DNA of 64,000 bases. It comes from Octopus sinensis (lineage: Eukaryota). The translations under genes and the position numbers were made by a program. The stretch lies in contig NC_042997.1 of the NCBI RefSeq assembly GCF_006345805.1, positions 73,284,001 through 73,348,000 on the forward strand. Direction: 5' to 3'. Positions 38,481-52,810 of this stretch are shown one piece after another (positions within the stretch are counted from its first letter, which is position 1; the number at the start of each line of letters is the position of its first letter). The notes under the pieces were generated by a model, which had not been told where the DNA came from, did not search any database, and saw only the letters and a list, made by a program, of their open reading frames with translations.

Positions 38481-40521
38481 TATTTCATAAATTTGTCATA
38501 TAGACAGTACAAAGAGCTTTGCGGGCTGGACAAATACATTAATGAATGAAAATGAAATATAATGAATAAATGAGAGACGAAATCCGCCGATTGGATTTTT
38601 CTCGAAAATATGTTTTCTTTTTTTTTTTAAATCAATATGAGGTTTCGAATCTCTTACAAGGGGGAGGCACTAAAACCTCTTACTGAACATGTTTTCTTTT
38701 TTTTTCTGAAAGCACAAAATTGAGGTTATAAACCACTACAAAATAATCCAATAAGATGAGGTTTCAAACCCTGTAGCGAGGGTCTTTCACCTCGTACTCT
38801 TCGATATATCCATCGATATATTCATCCTTATCTTCAATGCCGCTTGAGTTCCTGTATCCCGCCATTTCCCATGCCTCACTCATGTAGGACATGTAAGTCG
38901 TGTAAGGGCCACCCGGCCATATGCGACACTCCTCCCCAAATCCTTTAAGCCTTTCCCACAAGGAAAACCTTATGACCTCCACAGCTATCTGCGGAGGCCA
39001 TTCGGGATCCTGTGTGAAGGGCATATCTACTGTTTCTTTATGTTCTTCTACTATTTCTCCCACCTCCCCGCCCTTATAGAAAAAGATAATTGATCATCTT
39101 TAAGGGTCGGGGTGGTTTCTTCCACCGTGGGTGGCACAACTTCGGGACATGCAGTCGGCACATCATCTCCCCGCTGAGATGACCCGTTCTTCTTCCTTCT
39201 TTTTTTTCTTTTCTTCCTGGTTTCAGGAGAGTGGAGCTCTTCCGTTTTGTCCGGAGACTCTACCCCGCCTTCCGAAGCCTTAGGTTCCTTCTGCGGGCAA
39301 CTATTGTTGCCCGCCTTCTTCCTTTTTAATCCTTTTTGAGTTGAGGAGGCTGAAGCCTTCTCGACCACATCCACCTCTCCCTTTGACCGGGTAGGGGAGG
39401 TGGCATATAGTGACTGTTCCAGGACCTTACCAACGTCCTGTGGGCAGTTCCTTTTAATGTGGCCTGGCTGCAGGCACGAGTGACACTTTGGGGGATGTCC
39501 TTCAAGTATCACCGGATACCTGCAGCCAGCCATTTTCAAGAAATCTGGAAAAACCAGATCTGTTGCGGCCGATGGGGTCCACAGGGTCAAAATCGCTTTT
39601 GACCCTTCCCAATCGACCGCCGGAAATACTCTTACATTTAAGAGCCTAGGCTCGCCATCTCCCAGTCCCCGTCGGATGGTATCTTCAATCCAATCTGCTT
39701 CGGTGCCCGGGGGGAGCCCACAAATCCAGGCTCGTATTAATTTTCTTCCACAATATGACGGGAAAAACAGGATTTCCTTGCCTTCTAAAGGCTGACTCGC
39801 AAACTGGCGAGCCTTTTCCCCGTTGTCAAACAGCAACCATACGGTTGCATGTTTGACACCACGGGATATATATTTTACAGAGGACAAATGTTCTGTAAGT
39901 TCATTTTTATGACTTGTTTTGGAAAGACGGTGATGGAATTAAGAACTTTAGAATACGTTCTAAGTACCATCGTCTTCTCCTCCATATCTGTTAACCATTG
40001 CTTAGGCGGGTTAATTTCCCACTCTAAGACAGAGTTTTTCTTTTTAAGTTCCTTCTCTGCCATGTCAAAAAACAGTTCAAAAGTAGTTCAAAAGACAGTC
40101 TGCCAAAAAATTAAACCGAATAAAGATAAAACAAAATAAAGGGTACGGGAGGAAACTGCAATTAAAGTAATGAAAAGAACTAACCAAAATTTAGAAAGAA
40201 AGAAATAATAGAAGGGAAAAGTAAAAGAAAAATCTCACAAATAGCACAGACAGGGAATCCTTTGTATAATACTCCAAGGTAATCCAAGGTAATGCAAATG
40301 GCTTATTCTTATTTTTCTGGCGAGATACGCCCACTAGAATTCACAAGAAGAATTTTCAAAAAAATTCTCAATTCACCGTTACGGTGATGAGAACCCAGTA
40401 TTTTGCTCGTTATAGCGAGCCATAATTGACAATTTTTCTTTTTGTTCTTTTTTTCTGTTCGCGAAGCCGAAACTCACATCTGCTCACTGTAGCAGTCCAG
40501 ACCAACTAGTGTTGCATTCTG
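38481..40521 (-). mobile_element. ORF1-only Tx1-derived element with 16-bp TSD
   Basis: Frameshifted ORF 40063 to 38764 with CHSCLQPGHIKRNC (CCHC) and RRM-like region; no ORF2; exact TSD. Confidence 0.85.
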
Positions 40522-42395
40522 GGTAAACAAGCTACTTACTACACAGCCATTCCTGCGTCTATACTGTATATATTTATATGTATGCATATATATTGATTTT
40601 TAATTTTGGCACAAGGCCGACATTTTTGGGGGCGGAGTATGTCGATTACCTTGACCTCAGTGTTCAACTGGTTTCTATGTTACCGATTCTGAAGTGGATG
40701 AAAAGCAAAATTGACTCTGGTGGTACTTAAAGTCAGAGTATAAAGACAGACAAAATACCGCTTAGCATTTTGTCCTGTGAGCTAACGATTCTGTCAGCTC
40801 CCTCTCTGCTCATTTCTGGGTAACACTGGCCACCCTGTTTGTCAAGTTGGGAAGTCGGGACCAACACAAAATTCCAACGTCAACGAAGATGATGGTGATG
40901 ATGATGAGGCAATGTTCCTGAAGTAAGAGGACCTGTACCTTGGACCAATTAAGGCATTCCCTATCCAGGGACAAATGCTGTCTGGAATTGTTCTTGGACG
41001 GTTTATACGGTCACATCTACTCCTACGATTCGATTATATTTTCATCCACTTTTCAACAAATTCAATTGATGACACTACCTCTCTTTTCATAGCCATCTTC
41101 CACGTCAAATATGAAAGGCTCAACGAATGATTGACTACAGACGAAAGTGTGTGTCCATCATCCACCATACAGCTTTTTTTATTGTCTGCGCGCATCTCGG
41201 ACAGACCCGTCTCAAACCATTTTAATGCCTAGAGATTTTATCTCAAACCGATAGTGACCCTCTACAGCACTAGGGTCTACTGGATGGCGTTCACTGTAGT
41301 CCCGGTTCAGGAAGACCTTCGAATCACTAGGGCGTTCATTTCCATTAACGTCCAGGATTTCCTTATGAGAGTCGATTCTCTGTCACTCGAATAAGTGTAC
41401 ATATTGCTAATATGCATCATTCCCCGAGCCCATTGCCCGACTGGTAGAGAGCGATGCTTGCCTCGTGATAACCCTAACCGTAATCAAAACATAGACATTA
41501 GCTATCCAATTTTGGTCGACCCAGGATTACAGATCTCTCAAGGAGATGAGCTACAGGAAAACGTGCCTTGCGAACGGCCATCACACATGCACACTGTATA
41601 GCAATCTCTGTAGATGAAGCCTGAGCGCGTATCCACGCACCAGTAGCCTCAGTATACTCATCCGACTTGCAGTATGCAGAGGATGCTAGTAACAGAGGGA
41701 CTGCATGACGAGTGGAATATGTCCTTTACATGAGAAACCAAAATGCAGACGTTCTAATCTGATCAAATGGAACTGAAACAAAACACAATGGTCATTGCTG
41801 CTTACGTTGGACCTTCCATTTCTATTTAAGGCGAACATCAGAAAACCACTCCATCAAAAATAAATGCGTGCGCATTGTTGCTATTGTTAAAAGTGGTACT
41901 GGTAGTGTTGAAGGGAATGATGTCTGTTGTTTTTCACATTGATATTTTTCGTTGTTGTTGTCATCGTTCACGAAGTTCATTTTGTTGTTGTTGTCGCCTG
42001 CTTGGTTTGTGTGATATAACATCAACGCCACTAGATTTAAACTTGTTAATGCACTATGGTTGAAATTCTCTCTCTTTCTATCTTCTTCTGCTATTACATC
42101 AGCACTTTTCTCTTCTTTCTCTCTCAGTCATTATTGTGTTTGTCTTGACTATTATTATTGAAAGACATACATCATCTTGAAATTTTCCAAAAGCAAATAT
42201 TACATCGACAACTCCCTGAGTTGAGAAATCATATAAAAAAAACAACAAAAAACCCCAAAAAGAACCAGCAACATTTAGCAGGTTCCTTCATTCATTCTAT
42301 TGCACAAAGAACAAATACAAATACAATCCCAATCGATCTTTTTTCCTCACTAACTCTGTAGTGCTGAAGTAAAATGTGATTTCTTTGATGACGGA

Positions 42396-42454
<59 letters not shown>

Positions 42455-42469
42455 TAATAATAATAAAAA

Positions 42470-42760
42470 TAATATTCAAAACAAAGAGCGTGATTCGATT
42501 GTAATAGATATTTTATTGGTTGAACGATATTTCAACGTAAGTCTGTCTTTGTCAAATTCAAAATAAGAAGTGATAAACATTGAAAATTATAGAAATTTAA
42601 ATGTAAAGTATGAAAAAGAGCAACAAGAGTCCACACGTTGATGGAATGACATCATTAGAATTTAAGTTTCAATTTTATAACAGGCGAAAAGAAAAAGACA
42701 GAAAAAAGACAGAACAAAAGAAGAAAGAAAAAGAGAAAAAGAAGAATATTTAATCAAGCA
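42470..42760 (-). repeat. Inverted partial copy of the PLE3 pseudo-LTR (hammerhead-like motif at 42520-42561)
   Basis: Reverse complement of about 44170-44410 and 48000-48320. Confidence 0.75.
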
Positions 42761-43135
42761 GTTTTGTATAAATTTGGCCGAATTGTTAGCATCCTGAATG
42801 AAATGATTAGCAGCATTTCGTACATCTTTATGTTCTGAGTTCAAATTCTGCCGAGGTTGACGTTGCCTTCCAGGGTCAATAAAATAAGTACCAGTTGAGC
42901 AGTGTGATTGATGTCATTGACTTAGGCTCCTCCTATGAAATTGCTGGTCTTATGCCAAAATTTGAAATCATTATTACCGTAAAAATTGTTGTTTAGCCCC
43001 AGGCCAGTCCCTGACCCAGTAGACCTATGTTGATCAAAAGATATTCTAGCTATAGCTTTGTATATATGTAGGATAACATCATGAAATGTGTTTGATGTTT
43101 AAGACAGAGGGATAAGAACAATGAGAGAGAAAGAG

Positions 43136-43176
<41 letters not shown>

Positions 43177-43336
43177 GTTTGGTTAATACTTCTGGCATGG
43201 CGACGACTTCCTAGAGGCCTGCTGTTGTTGCAAAACTTTAGTGTGAGCAACATTGAAGAAAGGCTAAACCAAAGCGAAAAGTGAAAGAATACTCATTATC
43301 TGAGAATAATTACAGGATCTTCAAATGTCAAGCAGC

Positions 43337-43367
<31 letters not shown>

Positions 43368-45111
43368 ACACACACCGTTGCTGTTGTCATTCGTACACAT
43401 ACACAATTTACCCAAGCTAACACAATCTTGCAACCATCACCGCCACCAGCAACACTGATAATGCTGCTGCTGTAACAGATATCGCCATACAACACCGCTA
43501 CCTCCGTCTAATCAAACTCCATGCAACCTCCCTCACTGTTGTTACAGACACCACCACCACCAATCAACCACCACCATCACCACCACTAACAACAACAACA
43601 ATTGGGATTTCGGATCTAACCGAATAATATGATGTGGATGATCGGAACGGCGGTAGAGATAAGTGTGGGCTTGCAAAATAATTCAGTCATTATTCTGCCT
43701 CCAGAAAACTTAACTTTTGTGTCCAAAAATTCAACGATAGTTTTTGAAAAACTAGACGTAAATTCTATGTTGGACTTAAAGCCGTAGTTTTTGGCATAGA
43801 TTTATACAGAAGGTGGGATATGTAGCGCTTTCTGGTGTACGTGGCAGAATGCACGAAACACAACTTCATCTATGTTGGTTATACAACAGGACGATGAAAC
43901 AAAAGGTTTAATAGCCACAGATTCGACGTCAGGCACAATAACAGTAGTTCGACAGAACTTGCCGAACATTTCATTTCAAACGGCTGCAGTTTTGAAAAAG
44001 ACTTAAAAGGGCATATTCTCAAAAGATATTCTGAGTCTACTTCATTTTCACTTCTCAGAATGCACAAGGAGAAATATGTTTGCGAGTTATTAACATCACG
44101 CCCTAGAGGAATGAATAAAATAACAGGAGAATATCATCAAATTTATACAAAACTGTTTGATTAAATATTATTTTTCTTTCCTCTTTTTTTCTGTCTTTTT
44201 CTTTTCGTCTGTTATAAAATTGAAACTTAAAACTAATGATGTCATTCCATCAATGTGTGGACGCTGGTTGCTCTCGTTCATAATTTTACATTTGAATTTC
44301 CATAATTTAAAATTTTTATCACTTCTTATTTTGAAGTCGACAAAGACAAACTTACTGTTGAAATATCGTTCAACCAATAAAATATCTATTTCAATCGAAT
44401 CGCGCTCTTCGTCTTGACTGTTTACCTTTGTGAAGAGTTACGTCAATCCTTTTTAAAATATCAAAATCAAGTAGATTAAGATGTTTGTTTTTATGGTACA
44501 CAGAATAAGAATTGGATCATATATATGAAATTCTGGAAGTTACCAAAGCAGCCGGGTGTCTAAGGAAAATCGTAATGTAAATTATAGCTTTTGCATTTTA
44601 TTCCTTCTGACAGTTGGATTGTCAGCCCTGCTAGTTTCGCTAGACCCCAGCGTTGAACCTAATCATGGGCCAATGGATTCTGTACCATTCAAATATGAAT
44701 CAGAAATTGAGAAATCGACATTTCTATCAGTGAAAAAAACTTAATTGTTCTCGTGCTAAATCAAGAGCCATTTATCATTTCTAGAAACATGGAAGCAAGA
44801 AAAAGTTATACCGGACGGTCTTACATCAAATATACCACTATGTGCATCAAAGCCTGACGATTCATTGCTTCAAAAGTTTAAATTAATTGTTGAGAACAAT
44901 TCATTTTACATGACGGAAGCTATTATTGAACACTATCGTTCTAAATTAATATTGCTTGGTGCAGACATTAAGGAGATTTCGAATGTCCTTGAAAAGTTTG
45001 AACTTTTCGAACCTGAAGACAAAAAAAAAGCTGATTTCCCATTCCCCTAAGCCACTGGTCAAGGGAACATTTTGGTTGAGAAAGTTTGCTTTGAAATATG
45101 AGGAGAACTCG

Positions 45112-45579
45112 TTTTTACTTTCGGGACAAATGTTATGTGATAAACTTATTGATGCCGGGTTGAAAATCATAGCGGAATCCAGAAATTCCAATACAACCAA
45201 CCACTTTTTCACACATGGAATTTCTAACAGACAATCCTACCACACACTGTTCATTCACCACACCAGGAACAATCATTTTGCTTTGCCAAGCAATTTTTTC
45301 GGAGATGCTTATATTTATGACAGTTTGAAATTACCAGTTTCGCAGGAACTAATAGCACAAATAACAACGTATTCACCACAAACAAACATTATTGCTACAA
45401 TTCAACAAGTTCATATAATTAATCCCCGAGTTGGCGCATATGATTGTGCCCTTTTTGCCCTGGTGTATGCATTTGAATTTGTCATTGGAAACGCTCCAGA
45501 GAAGTTTTTATTTGATCAGTCAAAAATGCGAGCACATTTAAGATTTTGCCTCGAAAACAATAAATTTGTTCCTTTTCTG
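45112..45579 (+). CDS. Ulp1/SENP-like (clan CE) cysteine protease domain within PLE3 (part of ORF 44956-45729)
   Basis: H(NNHF)-D(YDSL)-Q-C(GAYDCALF) order plus the FDQSKMRAHL..CLE..PF tail typical of transposon-borne Ulp1-like proteases. Confidence 0.75.
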
Positions 45580-48246
45580 AAAGTAAAAGTTTTTCAAATG
45601 CCTACAAAAACCACAGAAGTCACTCACTTTCCATCACCCACCCAGGAATGGATTACCCCTAGAAAGACGACTAAAATTTATAACTTCTCACATGAACATT
45701 CAGAACAAATATTATACCCAATGTTTTAAGTGAAGATTTCGAGCAAAGCCCAAAAAGGTGTCAGGAATCTAATGACTGAAAACCATTTGCTCGAGAGAAA
45801 ACATCACACTAGAGAAGTCGGTCATAAATTTATCTAAACTAAAACTTTCGCCCGACGATGTCTCAGTCCTGGAGCTTGGACTGAGTTTCTGCCCAAGCCC
45901 TAAGAATTTCGACAAGAATAAACTAGCCCAAGGGCTATCACTTTTTTTTTGAAAAATTGTTAATGAGGAGTCAAAAAACCAATGCTTACTGAAAATATAC
46001 ATGATGATGATCGAATCTGGCATAATAAGATTGAAAAGAACCCCAATGGCTATCCAGATAAAGTTCGGGATGGACGTTCACAAGCCCTACTGGAATTTCT
46101 TGAATCTTGTCAGGCAAGCATTAAATAGCCTTAAAACAAGTGGAAGGAAGTTCTGGAAGAACCTTACAAATTCCCAACGTTATGCATTCCGACGATTCTA
46201 TTGTTATCAAAATGGCAGGTAAAGGAGGCGCTATCGTAATTATGGACAAAAGTGAGTATATTTCATCTTGTGAAGAAGCTTTATATGACAAAACTTCATA
46301 TAAAGAATTACCTGTCGCTTCAAACCCCAAATACAAAGGGGAAAGTGACAAAATAATTCTGCAAATGGAGGAAAACAATATCATTAATAAGGCCGAATCC
46401 AGGATTTTACGGTCAGAAAGAAGAACACCTCTATTTTATGTACTCCCTAAAATACACAAAAAGTTCGAAAGATTTCTTCCAATGCGCTCAATTTGCAGCG
46501 GATATGAATGTTGCCCGGCCAAAGTTTCGGAATGGCTGGATGGCTTTATATTCCCCGTCGCAAAAAGATCAAGTTCCTATATTCCGAATACTTTAGATTT
46601 TGTGTTTAAAATCAACAGCTGTTTTAAGCACCGAGGCCGTGTCGTGAACTGTTTCTTTGGTAACCATGGATGTTTCTTCCTTATATCCCAATATTGACCA
46701 CAATGAAAGGGTAGAAACATGCATGGATGCCTTCGAAAAGCGGTCAAACAAAAGTGTTCCATCAAATTTCTCTGTAGATTATTGAGAGTTGTGTAAGAAA
46801 GTAACACAATGAAGTTGAGACAAAGATTTTACCACCAGATGAAGGGTTGCTCCATGGGTACCCCCATAGCAGTTACTTTCACTAATGTCTGGGAAGGATT
46901 ACAGGATAGTTTAATAGACTTCTTCCATTTCTCTAAGTCCAACATAAAATTTACGTCTACTTTTTCAAAAACTAGCGTTGAAGTTTTAGACACAAAAGTT
47001 GTTTTCTGGAGGCAGAATAATGATAGAGTTATTTTTCAAGCCCTCACTTATCTCCACCGCCGTTCCGATCATCTACATCGTATTACTCGGTCAAATCCGA
47101 AATCCCTATTTTTGAGGATAAAACGGATTTGTAGTGACATAGGGGATTACTAGAAACATGCAAATGCACTTGTACATCATTATGTCAAACGCGGTTACGG
47201 TGAATCACGATTAAAGGAAATAGCAAATGAAATAGCTAAGATTAGTAAAGATAGTCAAACCTTCACGCATAATTTTAGTAAACACAATACAATAGATGAT
47301 ATAATTCCTTTAGTGATTAACTGGCACCTAAATTTCGCTGGCATTTCAAAAGTGTTGCATGCAATTTACCAGTATGTGGCGAAAAAATATGCTCGTTTCA
47401 AAAAGATATTTCCTCAGCCGCCTATTGTAGTCTTTAGACGGAATAAGAATATAAGAGAATTATTGATCTCTATTTCTGACTCCAAGAAAAGGAATATTGG
47501 AGTATCTGCACGATGTACCATGAAAAACAGCTGCAAAGGAGGTAAGCCCTCTTCATTGTGCAACCACATTTGTCAAGTGTATTCCATCAGGAATCATAAC
47601 AGAAATGTTGTGATTTATACAGTAGGTGGGACATGTGGAGATTCCCATTTGGTGTACGCGGTTGAGTGCACGAAACACAACTCGATTTATGTTAGTTGTA
47701 CAGCAGAACAATCAAACAAAAGATTTAATGGGCATAGATTCGACTTCAGACAATAACATCAGTTCGACAGAGCTTGCTGAAAATTTCGTTTCAAACGGCT
47801 GCAATTTTGAAAAAGACTTAAAAGTGCATATTCTCAGAAAATTTTCTGAATCTGCTTCACTTTCACTTCTCAGAATGCATGAGGAGAAATATGTTTGTGG
47901 GTTATTAACATCACGCCCTGGAGAAATTAATAAAATGAAAGAATATCCTCAAATATATACAAAACTGTTTGATTAAATATTCTTCATTTTCTCTATTTTC
48001 TTTCCTCCTTTTCTGTCTTTTTCTGTCTTTTTTTTCTTTATTCTCTTTTCACCTGTTTAAAGACTGATGATGTCATTCCATCAGTATGGCGGATACATAC
48101 TTCACCTCCATCATCATTCATAATCTCACCATTGTGTCCTGCCCCGGTTACATCTTGATTGGGCTGGAGTGTCTCTTGTTTATTTTCTTGTGAAAGGGAC
48201 GCGTTCTAATGGTCAGGTAGTTAGTCTGGAATTTTGAATTTTTATT

Positions 48247-48289
48247 TTGAACTTGAAAAAGACAGACTTACTGTTGAAATATCGTTCAA
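48247..48289 (+). ncRNA. Minimal hammerhead-like motif with U3:A8 core (PLE3; copies at 44331-44373 and 42520-42561)
   Basis: TTGAAC-TTGAAAA(A)-GACAG-actta-CTGTT-GAAA-TA-TC-GTTCAA; one extra core A. Confidence 0.5.
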
Positions 48290-48378
48290 CCAATGGAATA
48301 TATCTATTACAATCGAATCGCGCTCTTCATCTTGACTGTTTACCTTTGTGAAGAGTTACGCCAATCCTTTTTAAAATA

Positions 48379-48875
<497 letters not shown>

Positions 48876-48879
48876 TCAG

Positions 48880-49560
48880 TAGTTTTATTTTTATAGCGTG
48901 CTTTCACTTCACTACCGAGCGCATGTGTGATTTGTTGTGATGCTCTGATGGTTATTGTATGGAAAGTGTTCTGCGTAGGATGTGTGCAGTGCCTAGTAGT
49001 GCAATTTTCTGTATGTTATATGTGTTTGTAAGTCCTGGTGTTTTTGTTATGTATTTGTCTGAATATTTTTTTATCATGCCTAATGCACCTACTATGATAG
49101 GAATTGTTTCTGTTTTTAGATTCCACATTCTGGTTACCTCTATTTCCAGGTCTTTGATTTTGAAAGTTTCTCCATTTCTTTTAGAGACACGTTGTCATCT
49201 GCCCCGGTATTGATACATCAATTAGAAAGCATTTTTTTCCTTCATGATCTCCGAGATTTCTACAGATCTCTAGATACAGCACTAAGAACAACTAATAAGT
49301 ATTAGTGGGCGATCAGAATAGTATCTAGCCGGACGCAATAATTAGTCTAGAGTGGGGCGCTAATATCTTCACAAACGCACTTTTGCAGTTCAAAGTGTTT
49401 GAAAAATATTGCTTAGATCTCTGAAAGGCTTCATTGTGAAGCTTTGAGGTTGAATTTCAATATTTTTTGTTAGATTGATAGATGGTGTAGTCCAAGGTAT
49501 CGAGCGTTTCGGATATTATGTGTTGACATAATTATTTTACAAACTCCAGCGTTCTCCAGT
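48880..49560 (-). mobile_element. R4/Dong-type RLE LINE 3' fragment ending at an (AAT)n array
   Basis: Minus strand FLIDVSIP...DLEIEVTRMWNLKTETIPIIVGALG...IQKIALLGTAHILRRTL. Confidence 0.8.
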
Positions 49561-51040
49561 TTTGGGGTTAATTCCCTACTCTCCCTTCTATATACCAATG
49601 ACTTACTTGACATCACATTCAACGATACCCACTCTTATGCAGGAAACACAGCTTTTCATTCCTGTCTCACATTTCCCAACCATGTGTATCTGCTCGCAAG
49701 CTAGACACACAAAGTCAATCAACATTAATTTTATGAACAGAGACATACAATAGGAATATGCAAGCATGTTCTTTTCAACACCTGCTGCACAAACATACAT
49801 CCTAGACTACATCTAGAAAAGAGCCACCTATCTGATTCGCATAAAGTCAGTCACTGATGCACTCCAGCCTCTCGCACACAAACCATTTGTATTTCTTCTT
49901 TCAGTCACATATACTGTGTCTAATTCCACAGGCTATGCACTAATCACTATTTCCAGCCCTTCCTCCCTAGAATTCCGTCTCTCTAGAAGCCCATCCATCC
50001 ACCACCACATGTCTTTTTCGAAGGTGCTGACTTATAAATGTCCCTGAGAAGTATTAACGAATCAATCTTGCGAATGAGGAAGGGCCTGCGGAGAGCAAGG
50101 GCACCATTCTTACCCTAAGCTCAATATGTAAAGAAATAATAATAAATAGAATAAACTCATGAGCCAGTTACTGGAAATTGTGCAATTTGGGGGAGCAGAA
50201 ATCAATAAAACATCGGGGTGTATTAGTTAAGTGGGAATTCATGAAGACTTTCATTAGAATGTCATTATTGTAGAGAACGCTTTGACAGTAGAGACTTTAT
50301 CCGTCTATTAGCAGAGGTACATAGAAAAGCACTACATATAATATAATTTTCGACCATTGATTTGACGTCAAATGTTTGATGTATGCTTTGAAAAAGAAAG
50401 GCAAAAATTCGTTTGGAGCGGCGGGGATATAGGTGCAGCTTGTCACTAAAGATATATGAACATGTCAGAAAGATTTCCTTCTGTTTTGGCAACAGTCCTT
50501 TGCAACGGATAGGTGATTGGGAGTATACCCAAGCATATGAGCCGAGAAGTGATGATATCGTTGAGAAAAGATCCAAGTAAAAAGTACATAATATACAAAT
50601 TTAAACCTATAATTCTGCTAAACATAAAGTTAAGAATTTTTAACTAAGATCTTCGCCAAGAAGTCGGAAATGCGATCACCAGCAGGTTTATCAACAACAA
50701 CTTATTGCGTCCATCTAATGCGATACATTGTAACGCACAGCTTTTGTTTTGGTGGGGTAGTGCTAAATTTAGTTCAATCTGGTTTCTGACAGTCAACTTT
50801 TGTTATGACAGCTATTTTGAATAGCGAAGTCTTCCACAGAAGCTGAATTGCGGCAATACATAACGGTATCTGTTCAGCGATCAGACTATACACAGACATG
50901 CAGGAAGTATATAGACACCTTTAATTTTCAAAATTTCTTATCTAAGCATCTTAATATGTTTTCAGCGGTGTAGAATTTACAATGTAATTATTCTTTTTCA
51001 TTCCAGGGGCCATTATATTAAAAATTTGCGAAGAGTAAAC

Positions 51041-51765
51041 ATGCCACGCACAAAAAAATTGTTGGGCAATCTGAGGCTGGTCTTAGCCAGCGAAAAATTA
51101 CCGAAAATCTTCAAACTCCTCTTGCTACTATTAATAGAATTATAGTACAATTACAATTCAAAAGCCAAGGAAAAGAATCAACAGATTCTCGTCCCGGCCG
51201 ACCCGGTCCTTCAGAAAAGAAACTTCGCTGTTTGAAGAGAATTGTGGAAAACGAACCCCGTTCGAAGGCATCTGACATTGCAAAACAGCTAGAAGTTAGT
51301 CCAAGAACATGTGTTACATATCTGCATAAGATTGGGGATTATAGACGAGCAGCTTGAAGAAAACCTCTCCTTCAACCAATTAATATCATGAAAAGAAAGA
51401 AATAGGCTAAGGAGATGAGAAAAATCCATTTCATTTTGGTATAGAGTGATTTTCTCAGATAAATCCAGATTTGCATTATTTTCAGACAGCGGACGTGTTT
51501 GGGTCTGGAGGCTTCCCATTCAAGAATTTGATTTGAAACGACTCCAACTAACTGTGAAATATGGCGTTATCTGTGTAATGGTCGTTTTGAGCTTATCGAA
51601 TGTGTTGGAACCATAAACTCTGAAAAATATATCGAAATACTTAAGAAAGGACTACTTCCGATGTATTCACACGATAACATAACGAAAAATGAGTTTTTAT
51701 TCATGGAAGATGGGGCTCCATGCCACACAGCGAAAAGGAATCAACAACGGCTGTCTGAAAATCAA
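51041..51765 (+). pseudogene. Tc1-type transposase, decayed
   Basis: GLSQRKI...SRPGRP...RKPLL...VIFSDKSRF...VWVWR...TINSEKYIEIL...FMEDGAPCHTAK. Confidence 0.85.
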
Positions 51766-51779
51766 TAATGGCTGTCTGC

Positions 51780-52810
51780 GCATGCGTGCTTATAGTTTGA
51801 GCCTGATCGCGCCATTTTTCTTTCTGGCTTTATAGTGTAAGCAATATGCACGAACGAAGAAGAGCAATAATCTGATTTATCTGGTCAGAAGGCGTTTCAG
51901 ATGTGTCAGGAGACCTGTCAACATCCACCACTGACGAGAAGATTCAGTAAGCTCGAGAGCCTGGTTATGGTGAACCGACGAGCTATCATCGATGAGGTAG
52001 CTCGTTCTCTGCAGATTAGACATGGTTCTTCCGATCAAATCATACACGATGAGCTTGGCTTCCATAAAGTCTGTGCAAGATGAGTGCCATGAGAGCTTAC
52101 TGCAGAACACAAGCGCAAACGTCTTAAGGACTGCCAACGTTTACTCGATCGCTACAACAATGAGGGCGAGGAAATTTTGAACAGAATAGACACAGGAGAT
52201 GAAACGTGGGTCCATCATCATGAGGCAGAATCCAAAAGACAGACTATGGAGCGGAAACATCCTGGCTCACCAGTGACGAAATTATTCAATGCTCAGTCAA
52301 CTATAGACCCTTTTGGGGCACTAAAAAGGGTCTATAGTAGAATATATCTGGAAAAGAAGTGTACGATCAACAGTGCAAGATACAGTGCTTTGCTGGTCAA
52401 CAAACTGAAGCCAGCAATTTGCACCAAACGCCAAAGCCTATTGTCGAACAAAGTTTTGTTGTTGCATGACAAATCATACCCATACACAGCCGCCCAGACC
52501 ATTAAACCATTAATCAATTGGCATTTGAGCAGCCTACAGCGCAGATCTTGCCCCTGCCGTCTACCATATCTTTGGACCGCTCAAAGATGGTTTACGAGGT
52601 CGTCGATTTCCTACAGTTGAAGATGTGAAGGAAGCAGTGCATAAATGGTTGCACGACCAACCGAAAACTTTCTTGGAAGGAATACGTAAGGTTGTGGAAC
52701 GCTGAACCAAGTGCATCGAAAAGGAAGGAGACTATATAGAAAAATGACATACTTGTTTATCCCATGTTTTTGTGAAGATACATTGAAAAAGAAGAGTGTG
52801 TAAAATTTTT
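51780..52810 (+). pseudogene. mariner transposase, decayed
   Basis: HDELGFHKVCAR*VP...TGDETWVHH...TINSARY...LLLHD...KCIEKEGDYIEK. Confidence 0.85.

Larger units (their letters stand above)
43799..48378 (+). mobile_element. Neptune-like PLE (PLE3) with partial-tandem pseudo-LTRs, decayed
   Basis: Direct repeats 43799-44460 and 47612-48378; SHLSFLE...VIPDGL, SVINLS...LGLSFCP, GKGGAIVIMD, FYVLPKIHK, KGCSMGT, LVYAVECTKH..IYV GIY-YIG. Confidence 0.85.

Noticed and set aside
49600-50100. Possible RTE-type LINE 5' remnant on the minus strand
   Set aside because: Only faint similarity (LLERR); too decayed to support.
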